Below, piece by piece: positions 1-11,309 of a DNA stretch of 64,000 nt; position 1 is the first letter of the stretch, and every line of letters starts with the position of its first letter. The stretch covers positions 512,001-576,000 of the forward strand of contig OY820579.1 of NCBI GenBank assembly GCA_963681965.1, in the 5' to 3' direction. The notes beneath the pieces are model-generated. The model saw nothing but the letters and a program-made list of their open reading frames with translations. It was not told the DNA's origin and did no database searches. The translations under genes were made by a program, and so were the position numbers. The stretch comes from a bacterium (GTDB lineage Bacteria; Electryoneota; JAOADG01).

Positions 1-558
1 ATGATCGAAATCGTTCCGTCCGTGAATTCGAGCATAAGTACCGTTTGAACCAGCATTGATTGAGAACTTGATACTGTCTAAACCCGATTCGAACAGACGA
101 TCGATCTTCGCATCATTAAATCGTGCTCCGTTGGTCGAAAAGTAGACGTATGAATAGCCTCTCGTTTTCGCAAATTCCACATAATCAAATAGCCGTGGGT
201 TGAGTAGCGCCTCGCCGGTGGTGGATAGACCAACTTCACGAGCACCGAGCTGATACGCCTCGTCGAGAATGCGAAACATAAAATCGGGTGAGATCAACCC
301 AACCTGACGCATCATCTCCCGATTATAGCAGAACCGGCAAGAATGATTGCACCCATTGCAGGTTTCGATCATAATATTCTTGGGAAATGGCGGTGTTATT
401 GTCAAAAACGATTGATCCTCCTGCTCACGAATTCGCTTGTGCAGATCGCCATCTGTTTCCGCATTGGTGGCACGCTCTGGATTTATCTGCCGGGGTTGCT
501 TGTCCATCCTCACCCTCTTTTCCGCCTGAGCGGTTTCGGTAACTACAATTCTCTTCAT
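1..558 (-). CDS. Radical SAM protein (5' part; runs off the window edge)
   Basis: Manual reverse-strand translation from ATG at 558 (alternative 507): ...FPKNIMIETCNGCNHSCRFCYNREM...GLSTTGEALLNP...YFSTNG...SIKFSINAG. Contains the CxxxCxxC motif, a GE(P/A)LL motif and STNG. Not in the supplied ORF track. Confidence 0.85.
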   Translation of the reverse strand, partial: MKRIVVTETAQAEKRVRMDKQPRQINPERATNAETDGDLHKRIREQEDQSFLTITPPFPKNIMIETCNGCNHSCRFCYNREMMRQVGLISPDFMFRILDEAYQLGAREVGLSTTGEALLNPRLFDYVEFAKTRGYSYVYFSTNGARFNDAKIDRLFESGLDSIKFSINAGSNGTYARIHGRNDFDH

Positions 559-861
559 ATTTCACTACGAAATACTGCTCGCAGCGACACTTAAAATCAA
601 TTTCACACAGTCAGTGCGAATTGCGTAGAGTCGTTCGTCGGTTTAGAAGGCAAACTCTGTGCCATTGAGGCATTAGGAGTATTTGATTTGATTGAGAGTT
701 AAATTTTTAGTCGATTTGTTGAAAAATGTACTCAACGAGTGCTTTCCGGTGGGCAAAATCAATCGATTAATTGATCGCAAAAACACGCGATCTTTGCTCA
801 TTTGTGAACTAGGATCGATCTTAACCGTATCACTCATCGAATTCTATCTTTGAGGTAAACC

Positions 862-1503
862 ATGTCAATTTCCATAGTTCATCCCGATATCGATAAGTAT
901 TTACACGAATTAGAGGATTCGGCGTCCCGCTCCGACACGCTTAAAGCGATGGAAGCTTATGCCCGGGAACGTCACTTCCCGATAGTCGGACCGCTCGTGG
1001 GACGGGCAATGTCTTCGATGGCATTGGCAATCAATGCGAAACGGGTGTTGGAGTTGGGTAGTGGCTTCGGGTACTCGGCGATCTGGTTTGCGCAAGCTAT
1101 CGGTTCCGATGGTCGAATTGTCTGTACCGATGGAGACGAACAAAATCACAAACTGGCATTGGAGAATTTTGAAAAAGCGGGAATCGAAACACCGGTCGAT
1201 TTTCACGTCGGCGATGCACTGACAATATCTAAAACCCTGAATTCATCATTCGATATCATCTTTTGCGATATCGACAAACATGAATACCCCGATGTTATTG
1301 AGGAAGTCGTCCGGTTGTTGCGTCCGGGCGGATTATTCTTTACCGATAATGTCCTCTGGTCGGGTAGAGTGCTGGAGCCGATGATTACCGACAGAAATAC
1401 TGTGGGAATTCGATTGTTCAATGAAACGCTTTTTCAAGATTCTCGCTTTTCTACTACCATCCTGCCAATTCGCGATGGTGTTGCGCTGGCGGTAAAAAAA
1501 TAA
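862..1503 (+). CDS. O-methyltransferase (caffeoyl-CoA/YrrM-like)
   Basis: VLELGSGFGYS SAM motif, FDIIFCDIDK, DNVLWSG, LPIRDG; RBS GAGG upstream. Confidence 0.9.
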   Translation: MSISIVHPDIDKYLHELEDSASRSDTLKAMEAYARERHFPIVGPLVGRAMSSMALAINAKRVLELGSGFGYSAIWFAQAIGSDGRIVCTDGDEQNHKLALENFEKAGIETPVDFHVGDALTISKTLNSSFDIIFCDIDKHEYPDVIEEVVRLLRPGGLFFTDNVLWSGRVLEPMITDRNTVGIRLFNETLFQDSRFSTTILPIRDGVALAVKK

Positions 1504-1553
1504 CCGGCAATCGTTCGAGCAATTGCCGGCTATAAAAAACGATATAATTGGAT

Positions 1554-2717
1554 CTACTTCTTCCACTTCAGTTGGTTCGGATCGCGTTCCGAGGCGACTA
1601 AATCTAAGCCCTGCTTGGTTGACCATTCATTCGCCGATTTCACCAATTCGGATTGCTCGCAACCGAGATAATCGATTGCGAGTTCGTCATCACCGAACAG
1701 TTCTAATGCTTGTTTCAACCCTTTGATCGCTTTTTTCACACCATGACGAATGTAATAGCGATGACCTCCGGCAATGATCGGAATGTCATCTTGCTTTACT
1801 GCCGCATTGAAAATCGAATCGACCATCTTGCCGCTCATCTCACCCAACGCTTTCGCTGTCAGAATACGAATAAAATTGGTTTGATGATTTAGATACGGTA
1901 ATAATTGCGGAATGCTGGCGGTATCCTTGATCTCACCCAATGCTTCCGCCGTCGACGTTTGTACCGAGCGGTTCGCATCGAGTAGCAGCGGTAACAGCGA
2001 TGAAACCGCGGAGCGATTCCGCAGTTGCCCCAGACTTTTCACAGCACTCATCCGAATCTCGAAATTGCCGTCGGATAACAACGGTATCAATGAAGACACG
2101 ACAGTCGAATCCTTACTCATTCCCAACGCAAACACAACGGATATCCTTACACGATCGTCGGAATCGCGAAGAGATTTCAACAATTCCGGAACAATGCGCG
2201 GACTGTTGAACGCCACAATACAGGAAGCAGCCATACTCCGAACTTCCGGCGTAGGATCGTTCAATAGTTTTAACAGCGGATCGATCGCGCGCGAATCGTT
2301 AATTCGGCGCAATGATGACATTGCTGCTCGCCGCACATTCGTCGATGGATCGGACAGCGCTTTGATTAATGGGATCACTGCCGAACTATCGGGCACTTTC
2401 CGTCCGATCATATCGGCAGCCATCGCGCGAACCTGATCATCGGGATCCTTCAACGCCGACAATGCTAGCGACAATGCAGTCGAATCGCCAATCGAACAAG
2501 CCGCCCGAATTGCTTCCGCGCGAGTCGTTGGCGCCGGATCGTGTGCCAGTGCTTTCAACGTGTCGCGCTGCTGCTGCACCGGCAGATTATACAGCCATGT
2601 CCATTTGATCGCCGATTTACGACGTTCCCGAGGCGGCACTTTTTGCGGGGATTGCGCAAGTACCGGCAATACCATTAACAATACCAGCAGCCATGCAAGC
2701 GCACGTACTTTTCGCAT
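1554..2717 (-). CDS. Secreted HEAT/PBS-lyase repeat protein
   Basis: N-terminal signal peptide; repeated L.D.d..VR..A...LG units. Confidence 0.85.
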   Translation of the reverse strand: MRKVRALAWLLVLLMVLPVLAQSPQKVPPRERRKSAIKWTWLYNLPVQQQRDTLKALAHDPAPTTRAEAIRAACSIGDSTALSLALSALKDPDDQVRAMAADMIGRKVPDSSAVIPLIKALSDPSTNVRRAAMSSLRRINDSRAIDPLLKLLNDPTPEVRSMAASCIVAFNSPRIVPELLKSLRDSDDRVRISVVFALGMSKDSTVVSSLIPLLSDGNFEIRMSAVKSLGQLRNRSAVSSLLPLLLDANRSVQTSTAEALGEIKDTASIPQLLPYLNHQTNFIRILTAKALGEMSGKMVDSIFNAAVKQDDIPIIAGGHRYYIRHGVKKAIKGLKQALELFGDDELAIDYLGCEQSELVKSANEWSTKQGLDLVASERDPNQLKWKK

Positions 2718-2730
2718 TAAATTCTCCTGA

Positions 2731-3336
2731 TCAAACCGATTGTTTTTTTCGTACTAAAAATTGTACTTGAATCGGTAATTCTGAAACCATCTCAACCTTA
2801 AATCCGTTCCGTAAACACAAATTACTGAATTGCTTCTCCGTCCGAAAATAGATCTCGTGCGACCACAACTTGCGAATTCGATTGCCAAAATTCGGTTGCG
2901 AGATCGAAAAGAGCAACACCCCATTCGGCTGCAACACACGATTGCATTCCTGTAACCATAACTCCGGTCGCGGTAGATATTCCGTTAGACCCACCGCAAC
3001 GATCGCGAATATCGACTCATTTTGAAACGGCAATGCCAGCGAATCGGCTGCCAGATAGCGATCATCGGGTTTGTCGCGACGCGACCAGTTGAGCATCCGC
3101 CGCGATCGATCTAAGTGGATAATATTACCTGCAAAGTTGTTCCATGCGATTGCTTTCGCGCCACATGCCACGTGCAATACCGTTGCGGTGCCGGGTAAAT
3201 TGACTTTTCCGAGAAGCTGGAGGATGGATTGATATTCAAGCCGTGTCATGCGCGAAAGCAGTGGTGTTCGCCACACAACCCAGTCGTACATCGCCCGTAA
3301 ATTCCAATACCAGTCCAAATTCATGTCGGTTCGCAA
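2731..3336 (-). CDS. Class I SAM-dependent methyltransferase
   Basis: VLHVACG, D...LPF, RVLQPNG motifs. Confidence 0.75.
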   Translation of the reverse strand: MRTDMNLDWYWNLRAMYDWVVWRTPLLSRMTRLEYQSILQLLGKVNLPGTATVLHVACGAKAIAWNNFAGNIIHLDRSRRMLNWSRRDKPDDRYLAADSLALPFQNESIFAIVAVGLTEYLPRPELWLQECNRVLQPNGVLLFSISQPNFGNRIRKLWSHEIYFRTEKQFSNLCLRNGFKVEMVSELPIQVQFLVRKKQSV

Positions 3337-3384
3337 TCGGTGAATTCGATTTTGGAAATCGTTAAAATCGATCGGTGAAGGTTA

Positions 3385-4185
3385 TCACTTTTTCCGCAGT
3401 ACAAAATGAACGCGATCGTTTTTTTCATGACCGGGTAAAAAAGTAGTGTTGCCCAGCATTGTTATCAACCGGAAATTGCTACGCGAAATCCAGCGCTGAG
3501 CTTCATCCAGTGTATAGATCCGCTGAACGTGATGTTCAATATGTACCAGCTCGGGATGATTATGGTCGAGAATTTCAAAGTCGTTGTGATGCAATCGGCG
3601 ATCTTCATCGTACCAGCTATGACGACGATATTCGATATTTTCCCGGCGATGCCGATCGAACCAGTTATTTAAATTCTTGACGCTGTTGCGTTCGGTACAC
3701 AGATCGAAGACCAGAATTCCACGTGACTGCAACGAATCGGCGGCATTTGCCAGAAACTGCTCCACTTCGGATGTTTCCAGTAAATAATTCAGACCATCGT
3801 AAACGACAAAGTAAAAGGCAACGTCTTGTGCGGAAAAAGTTCGGAAATCGCCTACAGAGAAAGTGGTGGTGGAGTTTTGGATGGTAGCTTTTCGACGAGC
3901 AGCCTCGATCATCTCGGAACATAGATCGAAACCGCAAACCCGATAACCAAACCGGGCAATGCGCAAGGCGAGATTGCCGGTTCCACAACCCCCTTCGCAC
4001 CAGATTCCTTGCGGAGCGACAAAACGCTCCGCAATTCGAATCAGATAATCTGCCCACTGAATATAATCGACGTGCCACATCAAGGTGTCGTAAAACGCGG
4101 CAATCGATTGATAAGGTGCCACCTCGCGGGCTTCGACACCTGTAGTAATTAGCGACGGCGGTGCGGGTTCGTTGTGCGCCGGCAT
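3385..4185 (-). CDS. Class I SAM-dependent methyltransferase
   Basis: YD.LM..VDY..W, EGGCGTG, GFDLC.EM, DGLNYL motifs. Confidence 0.85.
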   Translation of the reverse strand: MPAHNEPAPPSLITTGVEAREVAPYQSIAAFYDTLMWHVDYIQWADYLIRIAERFVAPQGIWCEGGCGTGNLALRIARFGYRVCGFDLCSEMIEAARRKATIQNSTTTFSVGDFRTFSAQDVAFYFVVYDGLNYLLETSEVEQFLANAADSLQSRGILVFDLCTERNSVKNLNNWFDRHRRENIEYRRHSWYDEDRRLHHNDFEILDHNHPELVHIEHHVQRIYTLDEAQRWISRSNFRLITMLGNTTFLPGHEKNDRVHFVLRKK

Positions 4186-4193
4186 CTAGTTAA

Positions 4194-4835
4194 TTACGCG
4201 GATTTTTGTTCGTTGGTTAGCAAGAAACTAAGCGATTCAATTTCATATGCCATGTTTTCCTGACGAACAAACACCCCTTCGGGTACTTGCAGCGTAACCG
4301 GCGCAAAATTGAGAATCGCTTTCACACCCGAAGCGACCATTTCATCCGCAGCATGTTGTGCTGCTTCTGCCGGAACCGCCAAAATCGCGATTTTAATTGC
4401 CAAACGCGGAACCAGCATTTGACATTCGCTCAGGGGATAGATGGTCAAGTCGTTGAACTTCATTCCGACTTTATTGGGATCGGAATCCAACAACAATTTG
4501 ATATGGAAACCCCGTTGCCGGAAACCATCGTATGCCACCAACGCACGTCCAATATTACCGACGCCGACCAGTCCGACATTCCACAATTTGTTCAAGCCCA
4601 ACAACCGGCTGATGGTCTCGTGCAACGAGACGACATTGTATCCCAATCCACGACGACCGAACGCACCGAAATACGATAGGTCTTTTCTTACTTGTGCTGC
4701 GGTTAGCATATTTTCACGAGCGATCTGTTCGCTCGACAACGTCCGCCGATGCTGTTGAATAGCCAGCTCCAGCGTTCGATGATATTTGGACAAACGCCGG
4801 ATTGTCGCATCCGATTTCTTGTCCGTAGTCGCCAT
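4194..4835 (-). CDS. rex: Redox-sensing transcriptional repressor Rex
   Basis: TIRRLSKY, QVRKDLSYFG.FG.RG.GY, Rossmann GVGNIGRAL, ILNFAP. Confidence 0.95.
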   Translation of the reverse strand: MATTDKKSDATIRRLSKYHRTLELAIQQHRRTLSSEQIARENMLTAAQVRKDLSYFGAFGRRGLGYNVVSLHETISRLLGLNKLWNVGLVGVGNIGRALVAYDGFRQRGFHIKLLLDSDPNKVGMKFNDLTIYPLSECQMLVPRLAIKIAILAVPAEAAQHAADEMVASGVKAILNFAPVTLQVPEGVFVRQENMAYEIESLSFLLTNEQKSA

Positions 4836-4847
4836 TTGTAGTCCCCC

Positions 4848-7463
4848 CTATGCCTCGAATAAGTCGTTCCCGTTTTCAGTTTCTTCGGTATCTTCTTCTT
4901 CACTCTCCTGTGCTACTTTAGCGATATCTGCGATTGTTTCCCCTTCATTCAATCGTATCAACCGCACCCCCTGAGTAGCGCGACCCGTCACGCGGATTTG
5001 GCTTACCGATTGCCGGATTGCCGTACCGCCGGTCGTTATCACCATCAAATCGTCGCTATCCTGAACCAGCAACAGTGCAATCATCGGTCCCACTCGAGTG
5101 GTCACGCGCACCGTCATAATGCCTTGACCGCCACGCCCCTGTACACGGTATTCGTCCAGCGTCGAGCGCTTGCCAAAACCGTGATTCGTAACAGCCAGTA
5201 AGGTGATCGCTTTATTCTGATCGACACTCTTGTCGACCGAAACACAACCAATTACATAATCGCCACGATTAAGCTCAATACCCTTCACCCCTTCGGTGTC
5301 GCGACCCATGGGTCGAGCGGTTTCTTCATCGAATCGAATCGATTTTCCATCGTGAGTGGCAATCACAATCTGTTCCGTACCGTCAGTCAGCATTGCCTGA
5401 ACCAGATCGTCGCCTTCCCGGAGTGAAATAGCCCTAATACCAGTTTTACGCTCGAACTTGAATTGATCGAGAGATGTTTTCTTGATCTTTCCGAGGCGAG
5501 TCACAAAAACCAAGTACTTATCTGGATCAAAGTCCTTCGCCGGAACCACGGCTCGGATCACTTCGCCGGCTTCGCGATCGATTTGGATCAAATTGACGAT
5601 CGGTGTTCCGCGCGATCCCCGACCGGAGGCTGGGATCTCGTGCACCTTGACCCGCAAACAGCGACCCAGATTCGTGAAGATCAGCAGCGTATCGTGCGAC
5701 ATTGCCGTGAACAGGTGATCGACCCAATCGGTATCCTTCGGTTTGGTTGCCTGCGAACCGCGACCGCCGCGGTTTTGGCGACGCATCGTATTGACCGCCA
5801 ACCGCTTCACATACTGTTGGTGGCTGATCGTGACCAGCATCTCTTCATTCGGAATGAGATCTTCCCAACCGATATCGCCGGTTTCCAGCGCGACTTGAGT
5901 GCGCCGATCATCGCCATACCGTTCGTTCAGATCGGCAAGTTCCTGTTTCACTTCTGCACGCTGACGTTCGGGAGAACCGAGCAAATATTGCAATTCGAGA
6001 ATCTGTTCGCGGAGTGCGTTGATTTCATCTTCAAGCTTCTGCCGTTCAAGACCGGTCAACCGCGACAAGCGCATCTCCAAAATCGCTTTCGCCTGCTCTT
6101 CGGACAAACCCTGACCCGGCGTTACTTTCGCCATCTCTGGCGTCAGTTGCAGCCGCGACAGCAGTGCTGCCGTTCGTTCGTAGGAAAATGCCGCAATCAA
6201 ATTGATGCGCGCTTCTTCGACATTCTTTGCCGCACGGATAATCGTGATCACCCGGTCGATATCGTCGACTGCGAGCCGCAATCCCAATGCAATGTGCAGC
6301 CGGTCGCGCGCTTTGTTCAAATCGTATTTCGCACGTTTGACGATAATATCGAGGCGGTGCTTCAGGAATTCAAGGCAGAGGTCGCGAAGCGTACACACTT
6401 TCGGGGTACCATCGACGAGCGCCAGAAGTATCACACCGAAGGTCGATTGCAACGACGTATGCGCATACAACGCATTCAGAACTTGCTGACCCATCGCGTC
6501 GCGCTTCAATTCGATGACAATCCGCATACCATCGCGATCGGATTCGTCGCGAATATCGGAGATCCCGTCGAGTTTATCATCGTTGACCAATTCAACGATG
6601 CGTTCGATCAATTTACCTTTATTAACCTGATAGGGAATTTCCTTGATCACCACGCGCTGACGGTTCGTGCGCTCGCTCTCTTCGATCTCGGCGACACCGC
6701 GTACAACGACTCTCCCGCGACCGGTTTGATAGGCATCGTAGATGCCTTCCAAACCCTGAATCACGCCGCCCGTGGGAAAGTCGGGAGCAAAAATGGTAGC
6801 ACTCCCCTTGGTGCGCGGAAGCTTGATCAACTCTTCATTCGTCAATTCCGGATTGTCGAGTAGTGCTTCAAGCAGCCAGATCACTTCCCGCAAGTTGTGC
6901 GGTGGGATACTGGTCGCCATACCGACGGCAATACCATTACTGCCGTTCACCAGCAGATTGGGGAGCTTCGACGGAAGTACGGAGGGTTCGGTGAGCGAAT
7001 CGTCGTAATTCGGGATAAACGGAACCGTGTCTTTTTCCAGATCGGACAACAGCTCTTCGGCGATATGCTGCAGGCGTGCTTCGGTATATCGCATGGCGGC
7101 TGCGCCGTCACCGTCGATACTGCCGAAGTTACCTTGACCATCTACCAGCGGGTAACGCAACGAAAACGGTTGCGCCATTCGCACCATCGTGTCGTAGATT
7201 GCCGAATCGCCGTGCGGATGGTATTTACCCATCACATCACCGACGACGCGGGCAGATTTACGATAGGGGCGACCGGCACCGGCACCGAGTTCCTGCATGC
7301 CATACAAGACACGGCGGTGAACCGGTTTCAGACCATCCCGGACATCCGGCAATGCGCGCGAAACGATGACCGACATGGCGTAGTCGAGATAGGAATTCTT
7401 CATCTCCTCGACGATATCGATCGGGAGATGGGTATCTTCTTCTAACAAATTTGGTTCTTTCAT
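4848..7463 (-). CDS. gyrA: DNA gyrase subunit A
   Basis: [41 protein letters not shown] (catalytic Tyr), GyrA-box-like QNRGGRG, C-terminal pinwheel repeats. Confidence 0.97.
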   Translation of the reverse strand: MKEPNLLEEDTHLPIDIVEEMKNSYLDYAMSVIVSRALPDVRDGLKPVHRRVLYGMQELGAGAGRPYRKSARVVGDVMGKYHPHGDSAIYDTMVRMAQPFSLRYPLVDGQGNFGSIDGDGAAAMRYTEARLQHIAEELLSDLEKDTVPFIPNYDDSLTEPSVLPSKLPNLLVNGSNGIAVGMATSIPPHNLREVIWLLEALLDNPELTNEELIKLPRTKGSATIFAPDFPTGGVIQGLEGIYDAYQTGRGRVVVRGVAEIEESERTNRQRVVIKEIPYQVNKGKLIERIVELVNDDKLDGISDIRDESDRDGMRIVIELKRDAMGQQVLNALYAHTSLQSTFGVILLALVDGTPKVCTLRDLCLEFLKHRLDIIVKRAKYDLNKARDRLHIALGLRLAVDDIDRVITIIRAAKNVEEARINLIAAFSYERTAALLSRLQLTPEMAKVTPGQGLSEEQAKAILEMRLSRLTGLERQKLEDEINALREQILELQYLLGSPERQRAEVKQELADLNERYGDDRRTQVALETGDIGWEDLIPNEEMLVTISHQQYVKRLAVNTMRRQNRGGRGSQATKPKDTDWVDHLFTAMSHDTLLIFTNLGRCLRVKVHEIPASGRGSRGTPIVNLIQIDREAGEVIRAVVPAKDFDPDKYLVFVTRLGKIKKTSLDQFKFERKTGIRAISLREGDDLVQAMLTDGTEQIVIATHDGKSIRFDEETARPMGRDTEGVKGIELNRGDYVIGCVSVDKSVDQNKAITLLAVTNHGFGKRSTLDEYRVQGRGGQGIMTVRVTTRVGPMIALLLVQDSDDLMVITTGGTAIRQSVSQIRVTGRATQGVRLIRLNEGETIADIAKVAQESEEEDTEETENGNDLFEA

Positions 7464-7765
7464 GGGTGCTTACTAAATCCGTCACAATCCAATAAGGATA
7501 CAATTCGCGAACCTGTGTACAAGGGCACAATCTGTAGTTCGCTCGAAACCAGTAAATATACGTATTTTCAAGCCTAAGACCAAGGAGAATACGCGATTTA
7601 TTTCACTTTCCCAATGATCTTTTTCAAGCTGAATCGGGATTTCGGTTCAAGGCAATAATGATCGAGATAGCAAAATATTAAGAACTTAGAGATACGGTTT
7701 CGAATGGTCTCGGATTTTCTTAAATTTAGACTGGGTAGATCCATGACCCAATTTGCAGGTGAAGA

Positions 7766-8326
7766 ATGATCCAAATTGTCGAAAAACCGGCGACTGGTAC
7801 TCTATTGATCGCGCATCCGTCGATCAAGGATCCGAATTTTCGCCGGTCGGTAGTACTGTTGTGCGAACATAATGACGAGGGGACGTACGGTCTCGTACTC
7901 AACCGTCCTACGCCATTTCAGTTGAATGAGGTGGTCGAAGAGTCGACGATCGAATCGCCGCTATTTCTCGGTGGTCCGGTACAACCGAATACCTTGCATA
8001 TTCTGCATCGAATTGGTGGTCAGGTGGAAGGATCGAAAGCGGTTCGCGACCACACATACTGGGGTGGAAAACTCGACGAGATTACCAAATTGCTTGACGA
8101 GAAAGCGGCAAAGCTGTACGATGTACGATTCTATGTCGGATATTCCGGTTGGGGCGAAGGGCAACTCGATGCAGAAATCGATAAAGGTGGGTGGATTATT
8201 GCCACTGCCGACGACACGATCATTTTCGATACCGATCCCGTGGAAATGTGGCGGATCGTGATGCGGCGCATGGGTGGTGAATATGCGCTGATTTCGACGT
8301 ATCCCGATGACCCGACATTGAATTAA
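7766..8326 (+). CDS. YqgE/AlgH family protein (DUF179)
   Basis: LLIA.P...DPNF.RSVVLLCEH, GGPV, GYSGWG.GQL..E. Confidence 0.92.
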   Translation: MIQIVEKPATGTLLIAHPSIKDPNFRRSVVLLCEHNDEGTYGLVLNRPTPFQLNEVVEESTIESPLFLGGPVQPNTLHILHRIGGQVEGSKAVRDHTYWGGKLDEITKLLDEKAAKLYDVRFYVGYSGWGEGQLDAEIDKGGWIIATADDTIIFDTDPVEMWRIVMRRMGGEYALISTYPDDPTLN

Positions 8327-8353
8327 CCATCGATCAATTTAATACGAATGATG

Positions 8354-8380
8354 AAGCACCCGAATGGGTGCTTTTTTTTT
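8354..8380 (+). terminator. Rho-independent terminator after the yqgE-like gene
   Basis: AAGCACCC-GAAT-GGGTGCTT followed by a T-run. Confidence 0.8.
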
Positions 8381-8453
8381 GGGGGTAGAACAATTTTTAT
8401 TGCGGGACAATCGCAATCTTACTATTATAAATATAAATCCAATTCAGGGTGCT

Positions 8454-11297
8454 ATGTGCCACTTCGATGAATTTCGTCGTTATCCGCCAGCTATTCATTT
8501 TGATTCTGTGCTTAACGTCAAGTGGTGCGCACACATCACGTTGATTGCACTTGTTATCGTTTTGTGCCTCTTTGGCAGCGCACCAGCGGTGAGTGTACAA
8601 TCGTCGCGCTTGCCGCATCCCTTCCAATTCACCGAGAACAAGGGGCAATGGGATTCCGCCGTTCTCTACAAGTGCGAAGTCCGACGCGACGGTTTCACCT
8701 GGTTTCTCGAGCGCGATGGTGTCACCCTCGTCACGAGCGTAATTGATTCCTCAAAAATGATAGACGCCAGTAGGGGCGGACCCCCGCATCCGCCCGTCGA
8801 TCCTTTTTCCAGTAGGGGCGGACCCCCGTGTTCGCCCGCAAACGGCAACGACGTTGCCGCCGTAGGGGCGTATGGCATACGCCCTGATCATGAATCCTTT
8901 CCATTAAAATCTCACGCCCTCAAATTCAAATTTGTTGACTCCCGTAGGGGCGAATCGCATTCGCCCCTATCCGATCAAGATGCACAAACCAATCTGGGCG
9001 CGTTCGCGCCCACAGGGCGTATGCGATACGCCCCTACGGATAAATGCACGACACAAGAGGATGTCGGAATAAATTCCGACCTACCCTTCGCACAAGCAAA
9101 ATCAATTGATGCACAGGGTGAATTATCGTGGCACAACAATTATTTCCTCGGGAATGACTCCTCAAAATGGGCACCGGATTGTCGGAATTTTACACGCGTG
9201 GTGTATCGCGAAGTGTGGGAGGGCATCGATATCGAATTCTATGAGAGCAAAGGACATCTCGAATTCGATTTTGTAGTGCATCTCGGTGCCGATCCCAAAC
9301 AAATCCGAATGGTGTGCGAAGGATTGGATGCGCCGATAGCAGGCGGAGGACGGACACTCTTGTCCGTCGACTCAATTATTTCTGTCACAAAAGGGAGTCG
9401 GACAGGAGTGTCCGACCTCCGATTATCGAATGAACTCACTCTTTCCACTTCCCTCGGTGAATTGCGGATGTCAATTCCGGGTGCATACCAAACCATTACT
9501 GATGGCACTCATGGAAACATTGTCACGGCACAATTCAGACTCGTGTCAGAAAATGTCTTCGCGATCAATTTGCCGAATGGGTACGATAACTCGCAGACGC
9601 TCCGAATCGATCCGTTGGTGTATAGTACCTATTTGGGTGGGAGTGCAGGAGATGAGGGGAAAGCTATTTGCAAATCAACAACTGGTAAAATTGTAGTTAC
9701 TGGCAATACGCATTGCAGTGACTTTCCAATTACAAGCGGTGCATACGATACAACTGTTTCTGCTATGGATATTTTTATCACTTCAATCAACTCTTTCGGT
9801 AATCAACTGCTATATAGTACTTTTCTCGGTGGTAGTGGCGATGATTATCCCGTCGGAATCTGTGCCGATCCAATTGATGGAATTATTGTTGTAGGTAGTA
9901 CTTATGGCTCCGATTTTCCAGTCTCTCAAGCAGCATTTGATAGAAATCCACCCTCAACACCTGATTCAAAGTGTATAATTACTCGTCTTAATGCAACAGG
10001 TTCGCAAATCATCTACAGCACGTATCTCGGAAGTATCTTTGCAATGCAATCTGCACAAGCTGTTATTAGTGATGAAACCGGTGGTGCTTACGTAACTGGG
10101 TACACTGAGGGTTTGAATTTTCCCTGTACTTCCGATGCTTATAGTACTCTGCCATTTTACAGTACCAATGTATTTCTTACTCACCTTAACAGTACTGGAT
10201 CGAACCTTATCTACAGTTCTTATTTTGGTGGAAATTCTCAAACGATCGCATATAAAATTGATTTTGATGACTCTGGAAGGGTAGCGATTGCTGGGATGAC
10301 AGCTAGTACAAATCTTCCGACAACATCCAATTGCTATAGTTCTCAGTTGCGTGGCGGTGGAAACTGTTTCCTTACAGTGTTTTCTACCGATTGCAGATCC
10401 CTTGCCTATAGTACTTATATCGGTGGAAATTGTACCGATCGAATCTATGGTCTATCAAATGACGGTCTCGGTGGTTGGTTTATCTCTGGAATTACTTGTA
10501 GTTCCGATTTTCGAGTATCTCCTCATGGTTACGACACGACCTATCATGGCGGTGAATTAGGTGATGCCTTCGTCGGACACATGACCTATACATCGACGGA
10601 ATCATCTTTCTTAAGCACATATATAGGTGGTAGCATGACCGACTACTCAACCAGTGCTCAGTTTAATCGACTCAATCATTGTGTTTATTCAGCTGGCGTA
10701 ACAGTCAGCACCGAATTCCCTGTCACGATCAACTCTTTCGATTCACTCTACAATGGTGGTGGTACTGACGGTTTCATCATGAAGTTTAACAGTACTTTGG
10801 ATACACTAATGTACAGTACATTTATCGGTGGCAATAATTACGATAATTGTGAAGGTTCGGTTTTAGTGGGTAGTGATACATTAGCGATTGTTGGCAGAAC
10901 GAATAGTACCAATTTCCCAGTGACCGGTTCTGCAATCGATAGCACGAATCAAGGCGGGTGGGATGCCTTTATCGTGAAGTTTATTACTTTGCCGGAATCG
11001 ACTGATGCAAATGAAGTAAAGTTAACGATTCTTCCGCAAAGCGCAAGCATTAAGGCTTTTCCGAATCCCTTCAACGCCACCACTACTCTTTCCTACACCC
11101 TTCCAATTTCATCTCACGTCGAGCTTTGTCTCTACGATCTCACCGGTCGCGAAGTATCGACACTCGTGCAGCGCGAGCAGCGTCCCGGAACGTATCGGGT
11201 ATTGCTCGACGGTTCACGATTAGCGAGCGGAACCTACTTTGTGCGATTGCAGGCAGGTACGTTTTCTAAGACGCAGAAGATTGTGCTATTGAAGTAA
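8454..11297 (+). CDS. Secreted SBBP/beta-propeller repeat protein with C-terminal sorting domain; N-terminal domain carries in-frame REP insertions
   Basis: FTENKGQW, NYFLGND..KW, IDPLVYSTYLGG and repeated YST(Y/F)LGG...G.T.S.DFP units; C-terminal FPNPFNATT...SGTYFVRL...KIVLLK. Start uncertain: the ORF-track start at 8364 lies inside the upstream terminator. Confidence 0.85.
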   Translation: MCHFDEFRRYPPAIHFDSVLNVKWCAHITLIALVIVLCLFGSAPAVSVQSSRLPHPFQFTENKGQWDSAVLYKCEVRRDGFTWFLERDGVTLVTSVIDSSKMIDASRGGPPHPPVDPFSSRGGPPCSPANGNDVAAVGAYGIRPDHESFPLKSHALKFKFVDSRRGESHSPLSDQDAQTNLGAFAPTGRMRYAPTDKCTTQEDVGINSDLPFAQAKSIDAQGELSWHNNYFLGNDSSKWAPDCRNFTRVVYREVWEGIDIEFYESKGHLEFDFVVHLGADPKQIRMVCEGLDAPIAGGGRTLLSVDSIISVTKGSRTGVSDLRLSNELTLSTSLGELRMSIPGAYQTITDGTHGNIVTAQFRLVSENVFAINLPNGYDNSQTLRIDPLVYSTYLGGSAGDEGKAICKSTTGKIVVTGNTHCSDFPITSGAYDTTVSAMDIFITSINSFGNQLLYSTFLGGSGDDYPVGICADPIDGIIVVGSTYGSDFPVSQAAFDRNPPSTPDSKCIITRLNATGSQIIYSTYLGSIFAMQSAQAVISDETGGAYVTGYTEGLNFPCTSDAYSTLPFYSTNVFLTHLNSTGSNLIYSSYFGGNSQTIAYKIDFDDSGRVAIAGMTASTNLPTTSNCYSSQLRGGGNCFLTVFSTDCRSLAYSTYIGGNCTDRIYGLSNDGLGGWFISGITCSSDFRVSPHGYDTTYHGGELGDAFVGHMTYTSTESSFLSTYIGGSMTDYSTSAQFNRLNHCVYSAGVTVSTEFPVTINSFDSLYNGGGTDGFIMKFNSTLDTLMYSTFIGGNNYDNCEGSVLVGSDTLAIVGRTNSTNFPVTGSAIDSTNQGGWDAFIVKFITLPESTDANEVKLTILPQSASIKAFPNPFNATTTLSYTLPISSHVELCLYDLTGREVSTLVQREQRPGTYRVLLDGSRLASGTYFVRLQAGTFSKTQKIVLLK
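8770..9420. repeat. Eight REP palindromes within the coding sequence
   Basis: GTAGGGGCG-headed hairpins at 8770, 8812, 8862 and 8944; inverted copies at 9015-9037 and 9063-9084; GGAGG-headed pair at about 9345-9368 and 9397-9420. Related elements occur in the intergenic clusters. Confidence 0.85.
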
Positions 11298-11309
11298 TTC
11301 ATATTGTGA

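Noticed and set aside
5463-6863. 466-aa + strand ORF and other long antisense ORFs
   Set aside because: Shadow frames opposite well-supported genes (here gyrA), with no motifs.
4848-7463. gyrA without adjacent gyrB as a sign of rearrangement or a nearby origin
   Set aside because: Split gyrA/gyrB is common, and I saw no DnaA-box cluster.
8454-11297. Diversity-generating retroelement acting on the SBBP paralogs
   Set aside because: No reverse transcriptase in the window and no template/variable repeat pair differing only at adenines.
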